From Pelomyxa schiedti (taxonomy: Eukaryota > Protista > Evosea): a stretch of DNA of 64,000 nucleotides. A model generated the notes under the pieces. It ran no database searches. It was not told the origin of the DNA and worked only from the letters and a program-made list of their open reading frames with translations. The stretch spans positions 1 through 64,000 of the forward strand of contig JAHLWZ010000843.1 in NCBI GenBank assembly GCA_020536535.1, read 5' to 3'. Positions 1 to 16,370 of the stretch are shown here, one piece after another. Numbering within the stretch: the first letter of the stretch is position 1; each line of letters starts with the position of its first letter. Position numbers and translations under genes: made by a program.

Positions 1-464
1 CCGTGCGGCGCTCCAACCTGCACAAAGTGCTCCTCCAATCTCACGTCTACCACAGCACCCTGCAGAACCCAGGGAGCGAAGTCCCCGGCATCTGCCTGAA
101 ATACAACAACCTCCAGCACCAAGACTTCGACCACACGGGAATCTCACCTCACCAACAACCATTCCCAGGGGTTTACGGCAACAGTCACTACCTTCGTCAA
201 AGTTGTTGTAATTTCATCACCATTGTTTCCAAAACTGACACGTACGACAGCGCACTACGCCCAACAGCGTGCCAAACAGAACTACATGAGTCGGTCATTG
301 CTAACAAACAAGACCGAGGACTCTGGGAGCAAAACTTTTCGCGCAAAAATTTTTACTTTTTAGGCGAAATTTTTTTTAAAAAAAAAACAACAAAAAAAAA
401 AGAGACAAAAAGGAGCAGGGGAGCCGGCAATAACTACCGGCAAAGAAGACTCGTCATACAAACA

Positions 465-670
465 GCAGTGCAGTGTGCATTTGGAGCAGCAAGGCGCATT
501 TGGAGCAGCAAAGGAGCTTATGGGGTGGTCAGTGCATTTGAGAGCGGTGGGTGCATTTGGGAGCCAGTTGGAGCAGTGCATGGTGCATTTGAGAGTGGGT
601 GGTCAGTGCATTTGGGAGCATTTGGAGCAGTGCATGGTGCATTTGGAGCGGTGCAGTTTGTGGTGGTCAC
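465..670. repeat. Degenerate minisatellite built from a GTGCATTTG(G/A)GAGCA core
   Basis: About ten imperfect copies of gtgcatttg / ttggagcag are visible, with shuffled spacers (gggtggtcagtgcattt twice; ttggagcagtgcatggtgcattt twice). Confidence 0.85.
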
Positions 671-1320
671 ATTTTGGGGATATCAATAATAACATCTATT
701 ATTATTGCAAACCTTCTTTCTGATAGATAATACAGGCGGGGGAAAATATTATTAATGCCTCGTGCTCAGCACCACACGATATCTTGGTGGAAATTTAGGG
801 AAAAAAACAAACTGTGTTGTCCTTCTTTGTTTTAGTACCCCAGGTTGTAGTTTACGTGGCGGTTCGGCACTGAAACGACATCAACAAACCACAGCCACGT
901 TCCATCAAAACCCACAACCCAAAAGGAGGAACGGGAATCTCTATTCCCGGCCAGCGTATTTGACGACATGGTTTTTTTAAGCTGGGAAGTGACAGGAGTG
1001 GAAATGAAGAGGGTAGCGGCAGGGCATCACTGTCGATGACAATTGGAGCAAGTGCGCGGCATTGGGTGGTGTCTCAAAATTAGAACTTCTGTTATGTTCC
1101 CTGCTGTACGTTGATCTCCAAATGTGCCGGGAAAGACGAACTCTTGAGTGTGTTTGCATGATAGCCCCGAAGCTCAATAGTTGTCTGAGTTCTTTCTAAT
1201 TTGTTTATTGTTGGATGATGTACAAAGCTTATCTTTATTTATTTGAGGTACAAAAAAAGGGAGTCACAGCACTAACCATGCAGAGTTGCAAAATAGGGAC
1301 AGTGGAACTCCAGGATAGAT

Positions 1321-1581
1321 CTATTCCACAACGAGCGTCAAGCCACTGTTCTGTGATGTATGAAGAAGTTTTAGTAAGTCCGACTCAACTGGGTCCAATG
1401 TTAACAATATACAACTGCTGAAGGCGTCAGAGAGTTCATGCAATATGCAAGCAGCACCCGCTTCAGTGAGGAATTGTTTTAGCAAGAGGAATTCAGAGTA
1501 AGAAAGCGAAGTGGGGAATCTTCCAGTGTATATTGCTTCTACAAGTTTCTGTGCAGCACTATAGGTAAGTTTACTTGCCAT
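1321..1581 (-). CDS. Small hypothetical protein (86 aa) or gene relic
   Basis: Open frame MASKLTYSAAQKLVEAIY...LTLVVE* with globular-looking composition; no motif recognised. Confidence 0.25.
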   Translation of the reverse strand: MASKLTYSAAQKLVEAIYTGRFPTSLSYSEFLLLKQFLTEAGAACILHELSDAFSSCILLTLDPVESDLLKLLHTSQNSGLTLVVE

Positions 1582-1965
1582 GTCCGCTTCATTTGTACTG
1601 CGGAGGGACGCTGTTTGAATGCAGGATGGGGTACAGGCATGATGGTACACCGATGCAGACTTGATGTTGCACCTAGACCGTTTTACGATATACAAAAGAG
1701 GACAGCGTTAACCAATCATGGCGCTATGAAAGGAGCGTCTGCTGTGGCCCCCTTAGCCTCAGCGGCACGATTAGAAGACTCGTGGGCAGTTGATTTAACA
1801 TATGCCGCCAGCTTTGCTTTTGCATTCTCCTCAGCAGCTTTACCTGCCATAGTGGTAGCTGTTGGTTCTTACTCAGCGGCCTTAACAGCCTCGGCCCTGT
1901 CCTTGGCTTTTGGCAGCTTTCGATTCACGAAATTTTTTCTCTTCTTTTTTTTTGATTGTTTCTTG

Positions 1966-4610
1966 TTACAGGTCTTCAAGGGAGGAGCGTTGCTGCGGTC
2001 TTATCTTGGTGAGTATTGCAAGATACAGTTTTTTGAGAGAGGACAACAGCAGAGGCTCTATCATTGTTGCTGGCCGCTCACACAGCAAAAACAGAATGAA
2101 CGATCCAAATGTGGATAGAATTATTGTACCGAACCACCATCCCACGTAGCTCATGGAAGTAAACACCATGGGTGCCCACATTCCACAATACCACATTGAG
2201 ATGATCATCTGTGTGTTGTGAGGAATAATGAAAGTGGCAGTTTGCATTACTGGGTGAAGAAGGTAGGCTCCATAGGTCAGTTTAGCCAGAGGTGTCCAGA
2301 ACCGGTGTGCCCTGTGGGAATTTACAGAGTTGTTAAATAGGAGCAGAAAAGCGGAAAGAGGATACAGTATTCGGGAAACAAATCCCCCATGCCCATACAA
2401 CCAGAGCCCAAATAAGAGAAGAAGGCCAAGTCCCCATCCAAGTTTTGAATACACCTTATGCATGTTCATTTGCAGTAGTACCAATAGTTGGACCCACCGC
2501 ATACACAGAATTCCATTTCATGGACCAGGTATCACCTTTGGTAGTGTCTCGCACTTGTAGCCAGTTAAGGAAAGAACAACTCACAAGGAGGGCTGCACTC
2601 ACAGAATACAAGGTATAACGAATAATAAGGTTATTGGACCACTGTTGAATCTGCCAATAAAATGGGGTCAGCGGGAATTACTTAAGCTGATTAACCTTCA
2701 CTATTTTTGTGTTTTGAGGCACTATCAAGAAGGCAAGCAGAAAACCAAATAAAAAAGGAGGAGCTCGTGTATATGGCATATTGTACACCTGGTTATCAAA
2801 TTAGTGTTATTTAATTTGGCACGCGGTGGTGACATTGGTATCATGCCACTGAGAAATCCAGGTAAGATAACCATCAAGGGTCCAACATGTCAGCAAAGAT
2901 ACACAAACTAGACACAGACTGAATTTCGGTTTACGGTGAAATAAAACCAAAAACAGAGGTGCTACGATATAGAATTGCATATCTGTTCCCAAAGTAAGAG
3001 CTGAGGAAATTAGGTAAAAAAAAACCATTTGCTAGATACCAAGACCAACCTGCACTGCGTGATCAGTAATTTTTTTTTTTCACCCTCCCTCTCCCTCCTA
3101 TATACTTATGCAGTAGTTGTTTGACCACGGATAGAAATTGTTTATATAAAGTAAGTTTGTCCTGGAAGACTGTGGTAAATCAAAAGTTTTAAAAAAACAT
3201 GTCTTACCACCAATACTGCTCACAGTTGGCCAACTCCACCCCATCAATGACAATTCTCCAAGCAAAGGGTCCTCTTTGCCAACGTATTATCACTGTAATA
3301 GAGGCAAACAGAATCAGTGCATAGGAAGGAGTGAGTCTCCAGTATCGATGGAAGTAATACAGAAAATAGTTGGGATGGTTTCGCCCCTACATCAGCCATT
3401 AAAGACTAGCGTGCACTGTATTCCGTACCTTTTCTGCCAGATCTTTTAGCAGAAGGTAGGCTATAAGAAATCCACTCATGAAAAAAAAAGTATCAACAGA
3501 GTAATAGGCAGCAAAGACCCAGAAAAAGTTTGCACTTGGAATGATTTTTTCATCGACATAGATCCTATTCAAATAATTACAAGCTATACATAAGTAAGAG
3601 CAGCAACATATTGACAACACCAGGGCCTGGAGAAACTAGAACTTCCGCACAGTGCCCAAGCATAACCCACCAAATGGAGAGAACCCGAACTCCATTCAGA
3701 AAGTTAGTGGGAGATTCATGGTGTCCCTGAAAAAATTAGATATTGGTATTATCTTAGGGCCAACCAACAAACTCTTTGCATTGGAGTAACATGACCAAGC
3801 AAGGAAAAACTTGGCAAGAGGTTTAATTTCCACTTTCTTGGGAGTGACTCCAAGCTGAACGGAATTGCTATCTAGGAAAGATGAGATTTTTCAAGAGGTG
3901 GGATGAGAACCCTCTGGAAGTGAGTAAGGTACTGGCTTTGATAGTTTCTTTCTATAAAAGTACTCAAGACCAGTGCCAACGATAACCAAACACCCAAGTA
4001 TAGAAAGCACACATTGCATTGCAATTGTGCCAGCAGTATTTTTGTTTTGAATCCTCTTTGTGTCTGAATGTATTAACAAGTTGAGAACGTTGAGCTGTGC
4101 AGACCTACCAGATTCACAATTCCATGTGCTAATCAACTTTCCACCACCCAGTGTCTCAGTGAAATTGACCCACTTCTCTATCTCTTTGGTTGGTGTGCAA
4201 TTCTTTGGCCAAATGTTAAAAAAAAAAAAAAAAACATTGTCTATGATTGTGTTTGTTTTTTTTTCAAGCCAGAAATCCACCGAGCAGCCAACCAAAACCC
4301 ATCCCACAATTCACAAAGCGGGGGTACTTGCCTTTGGAGTACACAGGCCCACGCTGTAAACGAGGTTCCCCTCGAGCGGCGCCGCGGCCGCCGAAAAGAC
4401 GCAGTAGTCCGCCTCGTCGCCGAGCTGCGTGCACTCGTAGTAGTTCCCCATGTCGTTGATCGCGTCGCCGCTCGCGTGCAGCATCGCCGGCGTCCAGTCC
4501 GACGCCGCGCAGTCCCGCGCCTCGGCGACGGCGGCTGAGCCGGCAGCGCGGGTATGCAGGGAAGTGACGACAAGGGAAGCGGCCACAACCGCCGAAACGA
4601 TGGCGCCCAT
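1966..4610 (-). CDS. NRF-6-like O-acyltransferase (signal peptide + NRF domain + acyltransferase-3 membrane domain), multi-exon
   Basis: Spliced motifs DMGNYYEC...GLCTPKNC, FLNGVRVLSIWWVMLGH, SVDTFFFMSGFL, HRYWRLTP, WWTNLLYINN, WSWYLANDMQFY and PLAKLTYGAYLLHP. Confidence 0.9.
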
Positions 4611-4955
4611 TGATGCTTCGAACCGGCGACAGGGCGTTTTTTCGTGCTTGATTGTGCAGAAGAAAAGGTGCAATGTCAGATCTGGTTGGTTTTGGTTCCC
4701 CCAGCCCCAAAACAAGTCACACTTTTTAGCTGGCAGCCGTTGCTCCAAAGTAGTTTCCTTCGTGCAGGGAATCCTCCCTCGAGGCTGGAGTATGATTGGG
4801 GCTTGGTTTCGCAATTAGGGATCTCAAGAATGAAAGCAATTGCAGTTTAGCATCATTATTTGAATCTATCGGGCGCGAGGCGAGCGACGCAGGAGCGTTT
4901 CGGATACTAGTGACGACAATAAGGCCTAGACGCTGTGGCAACAACAACAAAGAAA

Positions 4956-6815
4956 ATGACAGACAGCGACGACATCGTAAACAACCCCCCGTCCGTTCTC
5001 GACAAAAAAGACACGTCGCATTTGATGAAGCAAGATCTATCTGCCATCGGCGGCGAAGGGGCCCTCACTCCACTGACACCGATGGTAATTTCCAGGCAAG
5101 CAACAATTAACATAGGTTCGTGTTTCTGTCTGGTTTCACTCATTTCGTTGTTTCTCCTTTCGATGAGTCTCACGCTTTAAAAGGTACTATTGGTCATGTC
5201 GCCCACGGTAAGTCAACAGTCGTGAAGGCACTTTCTGGAGTACAGGTTGAAAAGTTTCTTATTTTGCAAGTTTTTTTTTGTGAAAATACATTCTCATGTC
5301 TTTCGAGTTCTAACGCAAACAAATAAAAACAGACTGTGCGGTTCAAGAGTGAACTTGAAAGAAACATCACAATCAAGCTTGGTTATGCCAATGCTAAGAT
5401 TTACAAGTGCTCAAATCCTGCATGTCCGCGCCCTGGGTGCTACAGATCATACGGGTCATTTAAAGAGGACACCCCTCTGTGTGAGCAAACTGGTTGTGGT
5501 CACAGAATGCAGTTGATGAGGTTGCTTTATGTAGTTCCAAGGTTTTGCCAGTCTCAACGGATGCAGGCATGTGTCTTTTGTGGATTGCCCAGGTCACGAT
5601 ATTCTGATGGCCACAATGCTCAATGGTGCTGCTGTTATGGATGCTGCCCTACTTCTCATTGCCGGAAATGAACCGTGGGTCTCAACGTCCTTTCAATTAA
5701 TTTGACATGCATTGTAGGTGCCCCCAACCACAAACATCAGAACATCTTGCCGCCGTAGAAATCATGAAACTCAAACATATCATCATTCTTCAAAACAAGG
5801 TCGACCTAATCAAGGAAAGCCAAGCACAAGAACAGCACCAACAAATCGTCAACTTTGTACAAGGAACAGTGGCCGATGGAGCCCCCATTATCCCGATTAG
5901 CGCCCAACTCAAATATAATATTGATGTGATTTGCGAAGAGATTTGCAAAAAGGTTTGTGTTTTTCCTGCATTTTCCTTGTGTGAAAAAACCCCAGATTCC
6001 TGTTCCCACCAGAAACTTCATGGTGCCATCACGTCTTATTGTAATCCGATCCTTTGACGTCAATAGACCCGGCGCTTTGGTAAAAGACCTTGTTGGAGGT
6101 GTTGCTGGTGGAAGTATTGTGCAAGGAGTTCTAAAGGTGATTTCCCGTGACCCTCCACACCTCTCAACAGTGACAGATTGGAGATGAAATTGAAGTGCGA
6201 CCCGGCATAGTCCAAAAGGATGCTAAGGGTTTTTGCGTCTGCACTCCCATCATGTCTCGTGTCGTATCTCTTCACGCAGAAGAAAACGATCTTCAGTTTG
6301 CTGTTCCTGGTGGTCTCATTGGTGTAGGAACCAAGATTGATCCAACACTGTGCCGTGCTGATAGGCTTGTCGGGCAGGTAAACAGCTCTCCTGCGTTTGC
6401 AGTACAGATATTGACGGCCGCACTAGGTTTTAGGAGCTGTGGGGAAGCTTCCTGATATATTTACTGAATTGGAGATCAACTTCTTCTTGCTTCGTCGTCT
6501 TCTTGGTGTAAAGGCTGAAGGCGACAGACAGTTCAGAGTGTCTAGACTAGAGAAGGGAGAAGTTCTGATGGTCAACATTGGAAGCACAAACACAGGCTGC
6601 CGGGTTCTTGGTGTCAAGCAAGACTTGGCAAAAGTCTTACTTCTCAATCCTGTCTGCACCCTTCTTGGTGAGAAGTTGGCCCTCTCCCGGCGTATTGATA
6701 AGCACTGGAGGTTGATTGATCTTTACCACTTATGTTTCTTACTCACAAGTACACCCACATTGTCAGGTTGATTGGCTGGGGGAAGATTTTGAGAGGAAGC
6801 AAGTTGAATGTGTAA
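4956..6815 (+). CDS. EIF2S3: Translation initiation factor eIF2 gamma subunit (7 GT-AG introns)
   Basis: [60 protein letters not shown] and [14 protein letters not shown] after splicing. Confidence 0.98.
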
Positions 6816-7735
6816 AAACGCCCAAATCAATGTGGCACACTAGCACCCACAACAAATCCACAAACACTTGTGATTTAAGAAGAAACTGATTTGTTAAATG
6901 GAACAAAACAAATCCCGTTCGCCAAAATTTCTTGTTGCTCCGTTCGCCAAAGGACGCCACAGCAGGACTCCAAAGTACGGGGAGATCTCCCCGAGGTGTG
7001 AAACCCTCCAAAACCAAACCTCAACGACCACCCACCAGCAGCCCTCTCCCACGAGAGAGGCTTGGCAAATGGCTGAGAGGCAGGGCTTTGGCAATGCGCA
7101 AGAGTCCAACTCCAACTCCCAACCACGAGTGAGCTTCTCTCCCCCCCCCCCCCAAACCCACCCCCCAATCCCCCCAATCAAATCCACAGCGGCGGTGGCA
7201 CAGACACCTCTGTAACCACTTGGCATGTACGAAGGAGAGAAAACACGTCATTTGCGGAACAACGTAACCGACAGTCACCGACACTTACTGGCCCCTCTTT
7301 GTTCTTTTTTTATTTAAAGATCTGTGTAATTTTTTTGGATCTTGACCTTTTTCGCGCCGCGATGTCTTCCCAGAGTATGTATTTCTGGGTGACAATGTAA
7401 TTCGACGTGGTGATGCCTGGCAGTGCCATGGGTTAAAAAATCGAGCAACACAATCGACCAAGACTTTAGAGGATAGGTTTTTTGTTTGTTATACTTATTT
7501 CACTCCGAAGTCCCATGTATTCCACTGCATTGGGTGCAGCCTTGAGAAGACATTAAAGATTGTGATTTTTTAAAATCAATAGCAGGTGAGCGAGTGTACA
7601 TTTTCTTCCTCTTATCTATGGATGTGGGATGCCTCCATTTTACATGCAAGTCGGCACGTTTCATGGTAGTGTGGTGTTGGTAGGAGTGGATACCTGGGAC
7701 GGGCGTTTTCCACAGGAAATTATAGGGCACCCGCC

Positions 7736-7957
7736 CTAAGTTACACCATGTGCTTTTTCCACCCTTTGCCGGAAAACAACACAGTACAGTCCACCAAGCA
7801 ACGACATGCCAACTACGTATGCAGTACCAGCACGCCAGCCAAAAAATGAGAATACCACTGCACCTCCAATGGCCCAGAGGATGCCGAACATAGCCTCCAG
7901 CCAAATTGGGTCTCCTGCCATACTTATGGGGGCAGTCAAAAATGTTATATCCCTCAA
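7736..7957 (-). CDS. Possible small two-helix membrane protein or relic
   Basis: 73-aa ORF with two hydrophobic segments; non-ATG first codon in the ORF track, start uncertain, no family recognised. Confidence 0.2.
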   Translation of the reverse strand: MRDITFLTAPISMAGDPIWLEAMFGILWAIGGAVVFSFFGWRAGTAYVVGMSLLGGLYCVVFRQRVEKAHGVT

Positions 7958-8048
7958 CGCACAGATACCTAACTAATTAGTGAGCGGGTTGTCGTTTGAT
8001 GGCAACGGTATTTTCTCTTTTTCGCCGTGGTTGTTTGTTTTCAACACG

Positions 8049-9222
8049 ATGCCACAAACCGACGGGGGAGTGGTGAAATGTGGGTCGCGTGAGGGATCGA
8101 CGGCGGGCGACAGTGGAGTGCGAGCACCGTGGGCCGCTGTGTGACTCGTGCTCAAAGCAACTCCACGCCAACAGGGCCCTAAGGCCCACACCCCCTCCCC
8201 GCTTCCCGTCCCCCTCCGCGGCGGCACGCCAGCACCAGCACCAACGGGGCCAGGCACCACTGCACAATCAGCGCAGTGCGTGCGACCTGGACATGTTCTG
8301 CTCTCGCAAGACGGGGAGCCGGCGTGCGCCCGCTGCCTCCTCCTCGGGCCGCACCGCGACCCCTCCACGGGGGTCCCCCACGCCTGCATCACACAATCGA
8401 GGAGGCGGAGGCGCTCAGCCGCGCCGCCGTCGCCGACGAGCTCGCGGTCGTGGCCAAGTTGGGCGGGGTCAATCGGATACAGGAAGGCGGAGATTATTTC
8501 TGTGCAAGGGAGCATCTATATATATATATATATATTGGTGCGCGTTTTGCACTGAAACATAGGGAGGGAAGTTTCTGTTGCGCTTCCCATGTTTCCCTGC
8601 TCTCTCTAATAGGCTGAATGTATTGCAGGCATATGAGACCGTCAAGGGTGCGATACGTGAGCACTTTGACACTCTTAGAGAGGCACTTGAATGCAGGCAC
8701 TGCAGCACCTTGACTCGCTCACTGGGCTCTCGTTCTTGCATTCACACAAATGACCTTGGACCCGGCGCACTGTGGAGCCCTGTTTTTGTGACCGAAACGG
8801 CAGACCTGTAAAGGAGTCATTTCATTCCAAACTAGAACCTCAAGCGCAAGCATCCTTTTTGTTGAGTACTTCCAATTTACTCTATAACCACCAAACTGAG
8901 CGAAATCCCAAGGAAGAGCCTGATGCTTTATCTCCACCACCGCTGAATGTGAAGGGGTGGCCTGATGAGCCTGGAGTCTTTTTCACCCTCCAATGTGTCC
9001 CAGATACAAGGAGGCTACGTTCAATTAGGCGGAGAATATCAGTTCCTACAAGCCACCAAAGTGTATAAATCAGGACCCCAAGGGAACTGGAATGTGTGCT
9101 ACTTGTATTCTAATACAGACCGGCTGTTCTCTAAACTAAGGAAGGAGCATGTCTCTATCCAAAGGAGCTCCGTAGGGGATGACACTGAACCGGCCTTGTT
9201 TGTAAAAACACAAATGTTTTGA
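8049..9222 (+). pseudogene. Disrupted B-box/coiled-coil (TRIM-like) gene
   Basis: B-box pieces are split over three frames (ATVECEHRGPLCDSCSKQLH; DMFCS / DGEPACARCLLLGPH; HAC / IEEAE). A coiled-coil exon AYETVKGAIREHFDTLREALE is followed by a stop and further frameshifts. Confidence 0.6.
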
Positions 9223-9762
9223 GTAAGCTATTCGTTCGGCTCATTCCATCACACCAACAATTTTTTTTCTTCTGTGTTTGGCTTCACCCCATAAACCAGT
9301 GGCAAATGAAGAAAAGCCCAAAACCACCAAGGAAATCTCTTCGGCTGTCTGTATTTGCTGGTTCTGACCCTGTAAATGAAGATAGTATGTACTGTTCCTC
9401 TATTCGCTTTCATCTTTTTCCTGAACAGTTTCTTTAGTCCCTCATCTTTTTTCGTTTCGCTGGTGCATGGGAATTCACGCACTGTGATCCTTGGAAGGGG
9501 AAAGGTAGACTGCCCAGCTAACGGTTGTTGTTCGAATCACACCTGCCAATGGTTGTACCAGACAACATTGAGTGAGAGTTCAAGTGGGAATGTTGAGGAC
9601 CAATTGTTAGGGACGCTCGTGATGGACACTCACTCCTTGCTAGAATGATGGATTCTGAGAGTGAAAGGCATAAAAGGACCCCTTGCATAAAAGCAGTCTT
9701 TGATCTTTTTTTCTTTTTTTTTTTAAAGTTGTTGGTGGTGCAGCCCACCGGAAGTACGACAA

Positions 9763-14499
<4,737 letters not shown>

Positions 14500-14604
14500 C
14501 ACGCCGACACATTCAATTTTGAAAAAAAAATAAAAAAAACCCCTCCAGAACGAGGGGAATTGGCTTGTTGTTAGCCTTTGATTTTTTTAACAAACGAAAA
14601 TGCC

Positions 14605-16330
14605 TCATAATTGAAAACTGATTCTAATTTGAATAGGAGGTGCTCCTCGGATTGGCCAAGCAAGAGTGAGAATGTGCTGTAGAACTTCGAGTGGTAGGTT
14701 GTGGTGAGAAAGTGGACAGGATGGGGGTTCGCGGCAGAATGCTATTAACATAACCCGCATTTCACTCCATCTGGGTTTTGTTCCATATACTCGTTTGACA
14801 ATACCTACAGCCATTACAGCTTGGTTCTCAACTAGAATCAATGTTCCGAGCTTCGGGTGAACGGAATACTCTTCAATGAATAGACGTTTTCTTGGGAGAA
14901 TGATGACATTGGCCCGTTCTCCTTGGTGAAGGATTCCGGTCACAGTATGTTGATTGTTTGTGGACTTGGATCTGGAGCACTGGGTAATGCCAGATATTCT
15001 TCCAGTAAATACCGCTGTATGAACAAAGCATAGAGGCTCACAGCCAGCCCATATCCCATTCTTGGAATGAACAACGTGAATCTTCAAAGAATATTGTGAA
15101 TGCGGAAGTACTATTTTGTGGTGACCTGTGCACTGAACCAACGAACAATATTTGGCTTGGATCCTCCTGAAACTATGACATCCCCATGTTTGAAATCGCT
15201 CTTTCCACAGGCCCGTGCATTAACCCCAACAAAAAATCCTGGAGTCACCTGTTTGCAGTCCATGGGAAATTGCTCAATTGACTTTGCCATCGTGGTTATT
15301 CCCGGCGGAACTATATGAATAGAATCGCCAGCTCGTAGGCTTCCATACTCAACCCTACCAATCACAACTGTGCCAATACCACCAATCTTCTCAACAGCAC
15401 AAATAGGTATTCTAAGTTGGTCCCCCATTGGTGGGCGCTGGTACTGGACAACTTGCATTGCTTGTAATAAAGTGGGCCCTCTGAACCAATCCATTTTTCC
15501 GGATGTCTTAACGATATTCTCTCCCGTTTGGGCGGATATGGGAACAAAGTGAATTTTGGTTACATCGTGCCCCACCTTATAAGAAGGTGAGACGCATATC
15601 AATAGCGAGAGGGAGTAAAGTGCACCTGCTTCATCATTGAAGAAATCAGGGATTGAAATGCATCAAATATTGCCTGCGACCAGTTGCATTGATCCATTTT
15701 ATTAATAGCCACGACCAGAGTTTTAAACCTGTTTGCCAAGCAAACAAGTATAATGTCGGTCAATCCTTTGCGGACAAGACTTACATCGAGTTCCTCCTTC
15801 AAAGTCCTATCAGCTCCATTTCGGATATTTCAAGTTACCGCTTTTGGTGACACAACAAACAATGCAGCGTCGGCCCTTCCGCTTGCAATAATGAGATTTT
15901 TGAGGAACTTGACGCATCCAGGAGTGTCAATAAGCCAGAATGGCTTTCGGGCCATCTTTGACAGCAAGGTTTGGTGTGCCACAATAGTAAGTCCGGTTTC
16001 ATACTCCTCTGGCAAGCGGTTACTAAGGTCAGCCAAACTATTCCCCCTACTGTGCACTTGTCAAAATTTCTTAAGGTGCTGATGTACCAAAAGAAGATAG
16101 GAAATAAAAACAAGACATGCAACTGCTGGGAAAAAAAACCAAGACCTCGCATACGTTGAACGAGGAAAGTTCATCTCCATTCCCATTATGGGACGGCGCG
16201 TCTGAGGTGGTTGGCCCCACCAACGCGGAGCCGACTCATCCAACACCATAAACCGACCCACAAGTGTGGATTTACCACTGTCGCACGGCCCAACCACCAA
16301 CCAACTCACGTGGTCCGTCACGGCGTTCAT
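14605..16330 (-). CDS. Divergent eEF1A/HBS1/eRF3-family GTPase paralog with a C-terminal box-like tail
   Basis: G1 GPCDSGKST, G2 GLTI, G3 DTPGC, G4 NKMD, G5 SAQTGEN; domain II LRIPICAVEKIGGIGTVVIGRVE; domain III HPKLGTLILVENQAVMAVGIVK; extra tail NLPLEVLQHILTLAW. Confidence 0.88.
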
Positions 16331-16370
16331 CTACACCAGGTTTTTCTGTTAAATCAACAGATTACCGTCA

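Noticed and set aside
465-670. Possible CRISPR-like or telomeric array
   Set aside because: No constant-length repeats with unique spacers, no cas genes, no exact short telomeric unit; the context is eukaryotic.
3-689. 228-aa ORF at the window start
   Set aside because: It runs through T/A homopolymers and the minisatellite with no recognisable motif; likely spurious.
1716-1930. Ala/Lys-rich minus-strand frame with an in-frame TAA (1869-1871), suggesting stop-codon reassignment
   Set aside because: TAA terminates eIF2-gamma and RPB2 at the expected C-termini, and TAG/TGA also end conserved genes; more likely a relic or a 44-aa ORF.
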